From NCBI GenBank assembly GCA_015521735.1, contig WANQ01000038.1, positions 30,705-94,704 of the forward strand: DNA of 64,000 nucleotides. The letters run 5' to 3'. This document shows, in pieces, positions 9,375 to 18,425 of this stretch. Each line of letters opens with the position of its first letter. Within the stretch, counting starts at the first letter, position 1. The notes beneath the pieces were generated by a model, which worked only from the letters and a program-made list of their open reading frames with translations, was not told the DNA's origin and made no database searches. The position numbers and the translations under genes are program-made. Origin of the DNA: Pyrodictiaceae archaeon. GTDB lineage: Archaea > Thermoproteota > Thermoprotei_A > Sulfolobales > WANQ01.

Positions 9375-9753
9375 TAAGATGATATTAGAAGTAATAGGAT
9401 GGATAGGGATAAGCTTACTAGCAATAGGCGCGTTGATGGATGTTATAGCAGCAATAGGTATTAACAAGTTCAAGAACTTCTATCTAAGACTACATGCAGC
9501 TACTGTAGGCATAATAGGTGGAGCGTTCTACCCACTTCTAGGTTTAGGGCTATTATCGCTGAGTCTAGAACAACTTGGAGTAATAAGATTCTATATCGCA
9601 GGGATATCATTTACCTCAGCCTTCTTTGTATTAATAACAGCTCCCGTAGGCTCTCATATACTTGCAAGAGCCGCTCATCGCGTAGGAGTTATGCCAGAAC
9701 CCATAGGTGTTGATAGGTTAAAAGAAGATAGGGAGAAGGGGGTGTTTAAATGA
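9367..9753 (+). CDS. MrpG/MnhG-like membrane subunit (MbxC position)
   Basis: 128 aa, three predicted TM segments, FYLRLHAATVGIIGG motif. Overlaps its neighbours as in an operon. Confidence 0.65.
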   Translation: MTSKMILEVIGWIGISLLAIGALMDVIAAIGINKFKNFYLRLHAATVGIIGGAFYPLLGLGLLSLSLEQLGVIRFYIAGISFTSAFFVLITAPVGSHILARAAHRVGVMPEPIGVDRLKEDREKGVFK

Positions 9754-10013
9754 CTGTCGAGTATACTCTCCAACACATACTACTACTCGTAGCGTTAACA
9801 CTAGCTCTCATATTTACGTATAAGACTTTGGTGGAGAGAGACCTCATTGAAGCAATAGTGTATTCTGCTGGTCAAGCAGTAGCATATGGGCTAGCTTTCA
9901 TAGCGTTAATGGCTCCTGATCTAGCATTAGCATACATAGCTGTTGGTGTAGGTATATACTCTGCTCTATTCATAATAGTTGTCTCACATACTGAGAGATA
10001 TGAAAAGGAATAA
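9750..10013 (+). CDS. Small Mrp-like membrane subunit (MbhD/MbxD-like)
   Basis: 87-aa hydrophobic ORF with 4-nt overlap coupling inside the cluster. Confidence 0.55.
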   Translation: MTVEYTLQHILLLVALTLALIFTYKTLVERDLIEAIVYSAGQAVAYGLAFIALMAPDLALAYIAVGVGIYSALFIIVVSHTERYEKE

Positions 10014-10030
10014 AGAGGTGGAATAAATCA

Positions 10031-10849
10031 ATGGTTAAATTAAAAGATGTTTGCATAGGCTTATCATTGGCAGTAGTTGCAGCTATAGTATCCTACCTAA
10101 TAATATCCTATAATATAGCATCCGTTGCGCCAGAAGCCAATAGGCCTCTAGCAAACATGTTTCTTGAGAACGTGTTTAATAGTGAGAAATGGTGGTTATG
10201 GGCTGGGAGTCCTGAAGCAGTAACATCTATTCTATGGGATTATAGAGGAATAGATACTGTCTATGAAACAGCAGTATTCTTCCTAGCAATAATAGCATCA
10301 ATAGCACTAGTGAGAACATTGAAGCTTACACCTGAAACATCGGGTAGAGGTTTTGGGTTAACCGTTATAGCAAAGACTGTTACAAACATAGTCTTCGCGT
10401 CAATACCCATAGTAGCGTACTCGATAGCCGTCCACGGCCATTTAACTCCTGGTGGTGGCTTTCAAGGAGGTTCAGCATTTGCTGTAGCACCACTATTGGC
10501 TATATCAGTGTTTTCTCTTAGAGTAATAGTTATGCGTGGTTGGAGTAAGGATAGACTACTAGCTCTTAGAACCACAGGACTATTACTAATAGGGCTAATA
10601 GCAATCATAGTAGTAGCTTTATCGGCACTTAAAGGTATTATAGCCTATGTCATGCAGAACCAGCCTAAGCCATGGGCACCTGCTGGTTTAAGCGCAATAG
10701 TAGATTTCATTAATCCAACACTTATATCAGGTACACTATTCTGGCTTAACATATCAGAATTCCTAGCTGTAGGAGCTGGTCTCTCACTTGTATTCGTTTT
10801 ACTAGTCTCTCCTACAAAAATGCTTGATGTGGAGGTTGAAGAGAAATGA
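10031..10849 (+). CDS. MrpB/MnhB-like membrane subunit (MbxE/F-like)
   Basis: 272 aa with HGHLTPGGGFQGG (MnhB signature PGGGFQGG). Confidence 0.75.
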   Translation: MVKLKDVCIGLSLAVVAAIVSYLIISYNIASVAPEANRPLANMFLENVFNSEKWWLWAGSPEAVTSILWDYRGIDTVYETAVFFLAIIASIALVRTLKLTPETSGRGFGLTVIAKTVTNIVFASIPIVAYSIAVHGHLTPGGGFQGGSAFAVAPLLAISVFSLRVIVMRGWSKDRLLALRTTGLLLIGLIAIIVVALSALKGIIAYVMQNQPKPWAPAGLSAIVDFINPTLISGTLFWLNISEFLAVGAGLSLVFVLLVSPTKMLDVEVEEK

Positions 10850-11262
10850 TTAATCAGTTACTATGGGGTTATTACTATGCAGTACTAATGCTGATATTAT
10901 TCATGAGCATATATGGTATAGCTGTAAGACCTAATCTACTAAAGAAGATAATAATGTTGTCAATTCTAAGCGATACAGCTAATATACTAGCAGTAATGAT
11001 AGGATTACACGTAGGTAGAACCATACCACCAGTCTATCCGGGCATTACATTCACAGTAGAAACCCTACCTAACTCTACTAGCCTCAAGGAATTTGCTAAA
11101 CAAGCAGTAGACCCTCTCCCTCAAGTACTCGTTGTTACAGCAATAGTAATAGGCCTTGCAGTCCTAGTATTTCTTTCATTTACAGCAATACTACTCTACC
11201 GTAAATACGGTACATTAGATACAAGAGACATAATTAATAGAATAAGAGGTGAAACGCAGTGA
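10846..11262 (+). CDS. MrpC/NuoK-like membrane subunit (MbxG-like)
   Basis: 138-aa three-TM protein with 4-nt overlaps. Its position after the MrpB-like gene fits MrpC. Confidence 0.6.
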   Translation: MINQLLWGYYYAVLMLILFMSIYGIAVRPNLLKKIIMLSILSDTANILAVMIGLHVGRTIPPVYPGITFTVETLPNSTSLKEFAKQAVDPLPQVLVVTAIVIGLAVLVFLSFTAILLYRKYGTLDTRDIINRIRGETQ

Positions 11263-11771
11263 CAAAGCGGATTATAGCATCAATAATAGCTACTACATTA
11301 TTCTTGATGGCAATATACATAGTATATACTGGAGCAATAACACCAATGGACATACTATTAGGGTTAGTAGGCTCCAGTATAATAGCATCATTTACAGCTG
11401 ATATGTTGTTAAGGAACCCCAACAAACTCATTGACGTTAGGAGATGGCTCTACTTCCTAGCATACGCTTTTATCTATCTTACAGTGATAGAGTTGAAAGC
11501 CCACCTACAGGTCGTCAAGATAATACTGCATCCAAAGACCCCTGTTAACCCTAGTATTGTTAGAATACCCTACGAGGTTACCTCAGATTACGCTAAGACA
11601 ACCATAGCTAACTCAATAACCAATACTCCAGGAACAGTTGTCGTAGACATAGATGATATTAGGAAAGTATTCTATGTACACTGGATAAACGCTAAGTCAA
11701 TTGAAGACCGGGAAGCACGTAAACATGTTTCATCTACTTTTGAAAAATATGCTAAGAAAATATTTGATTGA
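11259..11771 (+). CDS. MrpE/MnhE-like subunit (MbxA-like)
   Basis: 170 aa. NSITNTPGTVVVDID...FYVHWI matches the MnhE motif (ITLTPGT...vH). Confidence 0.7.
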   Translation: MTKRIIASIIATTLFLMAIYIVYTGAITPMDILLGLVGSSIIASFTADMLLRNPNKLIDVRRWLYFLAYAFIYLTVIELKAHLQVVKIILHPKTPVNPSIVRIPYEVTSDYAKTTIANSITNTPGTVVVDIDDIRKVFYVHWINAKSIEDREARKHVSSTFEKYAKKIFD

Positions 11772-11783
11772 GGTGGTTTAGCC

Positions 11784-12143
11784 GTGACCTACTCCTACAT
11801 TAATAATATATTCATCCTAGTATCTATATACACGGGGCTAATGGCGTTAGCAGGTCTTGGAGTATACTTAATGTTTTATGTAATGTTTAAGAAACTCTAT
11901 GGAGACAAGATTAAGCTTAGTGACCCAGTAAAAGAAGACATAGTGATGTGCGGTGAAGAACCATTAAGTGAGGACTTTGTTGTCCCTGTATCCAGAGTAT
12001 TCGTAGATATAATGTCTAGGAGCTTTAGGAGAGCCTTCAAAACACTTACATCAGCTATGGGAACACAACTAGTACGTGACTGGTTCTTTTACATGTTCAT
12101 AGTACTATTATTGATAATAATTGTATCAGTACTGGCTAGGTGA
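11784..12143 (+). CDS. Small membrane protein of the cluster (possibly MbhI-like)
   Basis: 119 aa with two hydrophobic segments, lying between the MrpE-like and NuoH-like genes. Confidence 0.45.
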   Translation: MTYSYINNIFILVSIYTGLMALAGLGVYLMFYVMFKKLYGDKIKLSDPVKEDIVMCGEEPLSEDFVVPVSRVFVDIMSRSFRRAFKTLTSAMGTQLVRDWFFYMFIVLLLIIIVSVLAR

Positions 12144-12150
12144 TAAAGGA

Positions 12151-13131
12151 ATGGACTGGATCACAACTATAATTCAACTATTCATATACCCTGGCCTAAT
12201 GTTCATAATAGTAATGGTAATATTAACACAGTGGTATTGGAGAAAAGCATCTGCTAGGATGGCATTTAGGAGAGGCCCTAGTAGGACTGGGCCAATCGGT
12301 ACACTACAGCCATTCGCAGACTTCTTCAAGTTATTAATGAAGGAGGATGTAATTCCAAGAATATCTTCAAGACACATACCAGTTATAGCAGCATCACTGG
12401 GTCTAGGCGCATTGATAGCATCGGTACTCCTTACACCTATAGCTATCAAACCCATATATGCTCCATATGATTCAATAGTACTATTCTACTTTCTAGTATG
12501 GTCATCACTAGCCATAGCTTTAGCAGTACTGGGTACACCAAATCCCTATACAAACATAGGTGTTGGAAGATACTTAGCCCTAATAGTATCAGCTGAACCA
12601 ATACTTATTTCAGCACTACTAGTACCAATAATAGTAGCTTCAAAATACTTTAATGCACAATACTCATTCTACCTTACATCACTATACTCAATAAACCTAT
12701 GGACCATTAATACTCCATCATCTATAGCAATGATATTAGCACTTATAGCAGGCTTCATAGGATTAATGGGCGTACTAATGATAAAACCATTCGACTTCCC
12801 AGAAGCTGAAACAGAGATATACTGGGGTATATTCACAGAGTATGGTGGACCTAGACTAGCACTACTATTCTTCATACACTTTACTGAAAAAATAATCCTA
12901 CCAATAATATACGTACTACTATTCCTAGGAGGCTCAGCACCAATAAGCTTTACAGAAAACTATTGGCTAGCAGTACTAGTTGTATTCGCAAAGTACTTCA
13001 TAGTATATACAATACTATGCTTAATAGATACAATGATGCCTAGATACAGACCTGACCAAGCAATAAGATTCCTATGGAAATACGGTGCATCTCTAGCAGT
13101 ACTAGCACTTATAGCATCAATTCTAGCATAA
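12151..13131 (+). CDS. mbxM: Mbx/MBS subunit M-like (NuoH-like)
   Basis: Polytopic membrane protein with an RRGPSRTGPIGTLQPFADFFKL motif typical of the NuoH/MbhM N-terminal loop. Start moved to ATG 12151, just after the upstream stop. Confidence 0.8.
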   Translation: MDWITTIIQLFIYPGLMFIIVMVILTQWYWRKASARMAFRRGPSRTGPIGTLQPFADFFKLLMKEDVIPRISSRHIPVIAASLGLGALIASVLLTPIAIKPIYAPYDSIVLFYFLVWSSLAIALAVLGTPNPYTNIGVGRYLALIVSAEPILISALLVPIIVASKYFNAQYSFYLTSLYSINLWTINTPSSIAMILALIAGFIGLMGVLMIKPFDFPEAETEIYWGIFTEYGGPRLALLFFIHFTEKIILPIIYVLLFLGGSAPISFTENYWLAVLVVFAKYFIVYTILCLIDTMMPRYRPDQAIRFLWKYGASLAVLALIASILA

Positions 13132-13199
13132 AACACCTTTAGACAAAGAACATTAATTCAACTAGTTTTCTAAGTAAACATCCCATCACATACTCTACA

Positions 13200-14312
13200 C
13201 TATGTTTCACGTATTCTCTTATATTTTATTAGTAGCAGTAGAGCTATGACAAGTAATATAATGTGGAGTACGTATACTAATGTAATATTACCACCACTAA
13301 TACCAGCTAGTGCTAGGATAACTATTCCTGCTAAACTGTTTAAAGTAATATTTAATCCAGCAACAGTTGATTGTAGGCTCATAGGCATACTTCTTGATAA
13401 GGCTATTATTGTAGCTGTATCCCTAAATGGGTATACTGGTAGAGCCCATAATATTATCATAGCTACCCCCGTTGAGAAATAGATGCCAGTATTCAATGCA
13501 ATATAAGCTATTAACGAGAAGCATAGCATCATTAAAGGATTATATTTGTCTACGAGTTTACCAGCAATAGGTCTTGCTATAGAATTAGCTATAGCAGTAG
13601 AAGTTGAAACTATTAAGCCATATGCTAACAGACTCTTAACCTCACTATAAATACGTAGAGACAGTATAGTGTAGAAGAAACCTACAGCAGCACTAGATAA
13701 AACCAAGCTTAAGGCCAGCACACTCATTCTACGTATAGCTTTCAACGCATCTACAATACTAAGACTACCTTGACTTGATACTGTGACTGGATAGAATACA
13801 TACTGTATTATTGTGGAGATAGTGACAAGTATTCCAGCAAGCATGAATAATCCTAGAGAACCTATAGTAGGTCTAAGTAAACCTGGTATAACTCCGCCAA
13901 AAATCCATCCTATAGTTGTCATAGTAGCAAGTAATGAGTACTTAAACCCTGAGCTACGTGTAGCGTAAAGTACTGTACCCATAATACTAGGTGCAATAAG
14001 CGAGCTCAGCGTTGAGTTTACAAACACTAGTATTGGCAAGAATAATGGGTTAAGTAAGCCCATAAACACGTAAATAGGTAATCTAGCAACACCTAGGAGC
14101 AGTAGTTTTCTCCTACCAACAACATCTGCTAAATACCCAGTAAAAACACTAGCCAGAGATGGAATCCTTTCAGCTGCAAGTAGGAAGCCTACAATACTAT
14201 ATCCTAACACGCCTAAGCGATCAGCTATATAGGGTCTACTATACGTTGCATATATAGCTCCGCCTATACCATTAAGTAGCCATGCAATAATGTATGCTCT
14301 AAGCCACTTCAT
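13200..14312 (-). CDS. MFS transporter
   Basis: 370 aa, about 12 hydrophobic segments, LADVVGRRKLLL loop motif typical of MFS. Confidence 0.7.
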   Translation of the reverse strand: MKWLRAYIIAWLLNGIGGAIYATYSRPYIADRLGVLGYSIVGFLLAAERIPSLASVFTGYLADVVGRRKLLLLGVARLPIYVFMGLLNPLFLPILVFVNSTLSSLIAPSIMGTVLYATRSSGFKYSLLATMTTIGWIFGGVIPGLLRPTIGSLGLFMLAGILVTISTIIQYVFYPVTVSSQGSLSIVDALKAIRRMSVLALSLVLSSAAVGFFYTILSLRIYSEVKSLLAYGLIVSTSTAIANSIARPIAGKLVDKYNPLMMLCFSLIAYIALNTGIYFSTGVAMIILWALPVYPFRDTATIIALSRSMPMSLQSTVAGLNITLNSLAGIVILALAGISGGNITLVYVLHIILLVIALLLLIKYKRIRET

Positions 14313-14634
14313 AGTTAATGCTACCTACCCCTAAGACATTATTAGGGATTTAAGAGTACTAGGTCAAGATCTATTACCAGTAAAATACCACGTAGACATA
14401 AATAAAGATTATAGATAACTATGCTTGTGTCTAAGATTATTTTCCAAAAATACTATGTAGATGCTTAAAACTATCAAACCAATACGGTCCTATATATGAT
14501 ATATTTTCTCTAATATGGATTGTTCCATGAGTAACGTTAGTACTCTAATACATGCTAATATGCGAAATGCTTATATAGAAGCGGATATTAATATAATCAC
14601 GCAAGAAAAAGAATATAGAACGTGGGGGTCACAC

Positions 14635-14991
14635 ATGTCTGAGATTGCTAGAAGAATCCTAGGTGAAATAACTCGTATCGAAGGTGTAAGAGCAGCAATA
14701 GTAGTATCACGTGATGGACTCGTACTAGACGCAGTAATACCCAGGAGAGACATTAACGCAGAAGACATAGCAGTAGCCATTATGCAGATATTCAATGCAG
14801 CAGATAAGCTAGGAAAAGACTTCGGACTAGGGTCAAGTGACATAACAAGTGTAGAGTATACAAATGGAATAATAATGATTGGCTCAATGGGTGAAAACGT
14901 ACTAGCAGTAGTAGCTGAGCGTGGAGCAATGCTAGGAATGATTAGAAACGAGATTAAGAAGCAGAAGGAGAGATTAAGAGCAGCAATCTAA
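14635..14991 (+). CDS. Roadblock/LC7 (MglB-like) domain protein
   Basis: ITRIEGVRAAIVVSRDGLVLDAV...VEYTNGIIMIGSMGENVLAVVAERGAMLGMIR is a classic Roadblock/LC7 pattern. ATG 14635 is preceded by GGGGG. The upstream extension in the ORF track is unlikely. Confidence 0.8.
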   Translation: MSEIARRILGEITRIEGVRAAIVVSRDGLVLDAVIPRRDINAEDIAVAIMQIFNAADKLGKDFGLGSSDITSVEYTNGIIMIGSMGENVLAVVAERGAMLGMIRNEIKKQKERLRAAI

Positions 14992-15151
14992 TCTCACTAA
15001 TTCAATAATATATTGATTTTTACCCTGCTTTCAAAACAAAATTAAACTTTTCTACATCGCAACAATACATTTTGTCATAGCATTTAAGAACTGTCTAGAG
15101 TAAACTATAATTATAGACACTGCAAGTCTACATCATAGTGGTGAGCATATT

Positions 15152-16078
15152 TTGCAGCCAGTAGCTAAGGGCACAACAAAGAAATTCATTAAATTAGGTG
15201 AAGTAAACTTAGTAGAAGAGTTCACAAGCGTACTAACAGAGGATTTTACTGGAAGGCTACAGGGTGTTATGCGTAGTAGTAAAGGAGAACTAGAGATAGT
15301 AATAGAAATACTAAATGGTGAGGTTATCGCAGCAGGCATTAAAGGGTTTACTAATAAGTTAGGTAAAGATGCAGTAGAGGAAGTGGTAAAAACACTACCT
15401 GAGTCAACAGGTTTCATAGAAATAGTTGAACTAGATAAGGAAGCTATTAAATTAGACTTAGAATTCAATCCTAAAGCTAAACTGGAAGAACCCATCAAAG
15501 TAAAGACATTAATGGAGAAAATATCAAGTATGTTAGAGAAAGTTGTTGAGACACCTACTACAAAAGTCGAAGAGGAGGTTAAAACTGAAGAAAGAAAAGT
15601 AGATGTTGAAGAAATAATTTCTAAGTTAAAGATAAGTAATGAACTAGATCGTATAAGTACAAGTCTTAAAGAAGATGAAGAGAAACTCGTTGAAGCAATA
15701 CTAAAACCCACTAAAGAGATTAGCAAAGGCGCTATGGAGTTATCAAAGCTGTTAACAGAATACATATATAGTTTTGAAGAGCAAAAACAGCCTCTACTGC
15801 TAAGTATTAGTACTAATGGAGACCGTTACTTAGTCATAGTATTCAATAACAGTATTACGGCAGCTTACATACTCGATACTAGTACAAACAAGATAAAGCT
15901 TTTAGGTCTAAATGCTGTCAAAGATTTAATAGAAAAGCTCTGGGATAAAAACATAAACTATGTGCTCAGTGCATTAGAAAACAACTATATCTTAGAGAAA
16001 TTAGGCGTAAAGAAGGAAGTCAAGGAAAAGCCTAAAGGAATTCTTGGTAGACTCAAGAAGTTATTTGGGGGAGAATAA
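15152..16078 (+). CDS. Hypothetical two-domain protein with a central E/K-rich coiled-coil region
   Basis: 308 aa with TTG start. The N-terminal (FTGRLQGV..ELEIVIEILNGEVIAAGIKG) and C-terminal (LLLSISTNGDRYLVIVFNNSITAAYILD) globular parts are separated by about 90 aa of E/K-rich sequence. Confidence 0.6.
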   Translation: MQPVAKGTTKKFIKLGEVNLVEEFTSVLTEDFTGRLQGVMRSSKGELEIVIEILNGEVIAAGIKGFTNKLGKDAVEEVVKTLPESTGFIEIVELDKEAIKLDLEFNPKAKLEEPIKVKTLMEKISSMLEKVVETPTTKVEEEVKTEERKVDVEEIISKLKISNELDRISTSLKEDEEKLVEAILKPTKEISKGAMELSKLLTEYIYSFEEQKQPLLLSISTNGDRYLVIVFNNSITAAYILDTSTNKIKLLGLNAVKDLIEKLWDKNINYVLSALENNYILEKLGVKKEVKEKPKGILGRLKKLFGGE

Positions 16079-16127
16079 ACAAACATTATTTCCCCAATAC
16101 TGAATTGGGTGTTTATAGGGTACTAAT

Positions 16128-17213
16128 GTGGTTAAAACTACTAAGATATTCAAGGTTAATGCTGAGAGCCCTAATGAAGAAGTAATAGAGGTTTGTGCAC
16201 GTTATATTAGAGAAGGAGGTCTTGTTGTCTTCCCTACGGAAACCGTTTATGGTCTTGGAGCAAACGCCTACAATCCCAATGCAGTTAAGAAGATATTCAT
16301 TGTTAAGCAAAGACCTATGGATAATCCATTAATAGTACACATAGCAGGTTTTAAACAATTATATGAGGTAGTATCAAGTATTCCTGCATGGGTTAAAGAT
16401 TTCCTAGTCAAGGTCTGGCCAGGCCCCTTAACAGCTGTTTTACCTAAAAGTAAACGTATTCCCGGTGAGGTTACTGCTGGATTAGATACCGTAGCTGTAC
16501 GTATGCCTTTACATCCCGTGGCTCTAAAATTGATAGAGAAGTCTGGTGTACCCATTGCTGCTCCTAGTGCTAATATTTCTGGTAGACCTAGTCCTACTAC
16601 GGCTCAGCACGTTATAGAGGATCTATGGGGGAAAGTAGATGTTATAATTGATGCTGGTGAAACTATATTTGGAGTAGAATCAACAATAATAGACCTAACA
16701 AGAGAACCACCTGTCCTACTAAGACCGGGCCCCTATCCTGTTGAAAAGCTTAGAGAAATACTTGGTAAAAACATAATAATACCAGAATTCGCACGTGGGT
16801 TAAGCGAAGCAGATAAAGCATTATCGCCAGGCATGAAGTATAGACATTATGCTCCTAGAACACCATTAATACTAGTAGAGCTTAAAGACTATACTGATCT
16901 ATCAGCGTTAACGTTAAAAATAATAGAACTAGCAGAGGAAAACATTAGTAAAGGTAAAAGAGTAGCTATTCTATCCTCATCTGAGACAGCTAAGATGTAT
17001 CTTAAACATCTAGGCAAGAGGGCTAAGATTGTAGTCCTTGGCTCAAGGAATAACATGTATAGTGTAGCAAAGAACTTGTTTAAGGCTCTAAGAGATCTAG
17101 ATAAACTAAACATAGATATAGCATTAGTAGAAGGCTTTGAAGAAAAAGGTGTAGGCCTAGCAGTAATGAATAGGCTTAGAAAAGCTTCAACAAAGATAAT
17201 AGTAGTAGACTAA
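16128..17213 (+). CDS. sua5: L-threonylcarbamoyladenylate synthase Sua5/TsaC2
   Basis: YrdC-domain motifs (VVFPTETVYGLGANA, SANISGRPSPTT) plus a C-terminal Sua5 domain. 361 aa. Confidence 0.9.
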   Translation: MVKTTKIFKVNAESPNEEVIEVCARYIREGGLVVFPTETVYGLGANAYNPNAVKKIFIVKQRPMDNPLIVHIAGFKQLYEVVSSIPAWVKDFLVKVWPGPLTAVLPKSKRIPGEVTAGLDTVAVRMPLHPVALKLIEKSGVPIAAPSANISGRPSPTTAQHVIEDLWGKVDVIIDAGETIFGVESTIIDLTREPPVLLRPGPYPVEKLREILGKNIIIPEFARGLSEADKALSPGMKYRHYAPRTPLILVELKDYTDLSALTLKIIELAEENISKGKRVAILSSSETAKMYLKHLGKRAKIVVLGSRNNMYSVAKNLFKALRDLDKLNIDIALVEGFEEKGVGLAVMNRLRKASTKIIVVD

Positions 17214-17312
17214 GTTAATTAATTAATGTAGACTTGTTTTAACCCATTTATAGTTAAGTACAAGTAAGCTTTATATATGTGCACTTTGAAGCATATAATG
17301 GTGCACTAAGCA

Positions 17313-18425
17313 ATGAAGTACAAGCTGGTATTAGCATTAATTCTCTTGGTTTTAGCAGCCATTGCTGGACTAATATTCTATAAGTTAAACATGCTTGATC
17401 AAGGAGGTTCGTTGAGATCAGGTAGCGGAAGCAATACTATTACTGTAACTGATGCGTTGGGTAGGGAAATAGAGTTACCATATCCCGTAGAAAAAGTCGT
17501 TGTAACTGATGATGAAGTAGCTGAACTAGTACAATTGATTGGGGCTGCTGATAAAGTTGTAGGTATTGAGCCAAGCATTAAGACTAGAGGATACTTTCCA
17601 CTAATGGCTGATAAACCCATTACGGGTAGTCAATTCCGTGGACTAAACTATGAGTTAATTGCTAAGCTTCAGCCAGATGTTGTAATACTAATGGATGTAG
17701 GTCCCGTAGGAAAAATAATTGATAAACTAGATAAAATAGGTGTTAAAAGCATAGTAATAAGTATTAAGCCACAAAATATTCCAGAGACAATAAGACTTCT
17801 TGGGAAAATATTTGGTAAGGAGAAGAGAGCGGAAGAGCTTCTCCAATGGTGGTTCAGTAAATGGGAGTTCCTTGAAGAAAAGCTTAAGGATATTAAAGAT
17901 AAGCCTAAACTTAAAGTATTCGTAGGCATGGGCTTCCATCCAACAAATAAATTACCTACAAGAACATGGGGTAAACTAGCTAAGTGGAACTATATACTCG
18001 AGAAACTAAACATGGAGAACATTGCATCAGCTAAACTAGACAAATCAGGGCAACTTGATCTAGAATACATTGTTGAAGCAAACCCAGACATAATACTCAT
18101 TGGTGATTGGTCAGATAACTGGCTTGGATACACGAAAAACAATAGTAGTCTAGCTAGGAAAATAGTGGAGAACGTACTCAATGACCCAGTATTACAGTCA
18201 GTGAATGCTGTTAAGAACCATAAAGTATTCTTGATACACTACGTTATGCTTGGAAGCTTTAGATCTGTTATAGGAGCATACTATTTGGCAAAGATAGCTT
18301 ATCCAGAACTAATGAAAGACGTGGATCCTGAAGAAATAAACAAAGAATACTTTGAGCACTGGCTAGGAGTTCCCTATAAAGGCATCTGGTTCTATCCTAA
18401 ACCATGGCTAGGGGAGAATCCTTGA
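17313..18425 (+). CDS. ABC transporter substrate-binding protein, FecB/FhuD/BtuF type
   Basis: N-terminal membrane anchor. LQPDVVILMD and ANPDIILIGDWS motifs of class III (iron-siderophore/cobalamin) binding proteins. Confidence 0.75.
   Translation: MKYKLVLALILLVLAAIAGLIFYKLNMLDQGGSLRSGSGSNTITVTDALGREIELPYPVEKVVVTDDEVAELVQLIGAADKVVGIEPSIKTRGYFPLMADKPITGSQFRGLNYELIAKLQPDVVILMDVGPVGKIIDKLDKIGVKSIVISIKPQNIPETIRLLGKIFGKEKRAEELLQWWFSKWEFLEEKLKDIKDKPKLKVFVGMGFHPTNKLPTRTWGKLAKWNYILEKLNMENIASAKLDKSGQLDLEYIVEANPDIILIGDWSDNWLGYTKNNSSLARKIVENVLNDPVLQSVNAVKNHKVFLIHYVMLGSFRSVIGAYYLAKIAYPELMKDVDPEEINKEYFEHWLGVPYKGIWFYPKPWLGENP

Noticed and set aside
15133-15765. 210-aa minus-strand ORF. Many similar long antisense ORFs occur elsewhere (for example 18508-19023, 50523-50999, 61400-61906, 22577-23008 and 52885-53268).
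   Set aside because: All are Ser/Leu/Ile-rich shadows opposite well-supported genes with recognisable motifs. There is no independent evidence for any of them.
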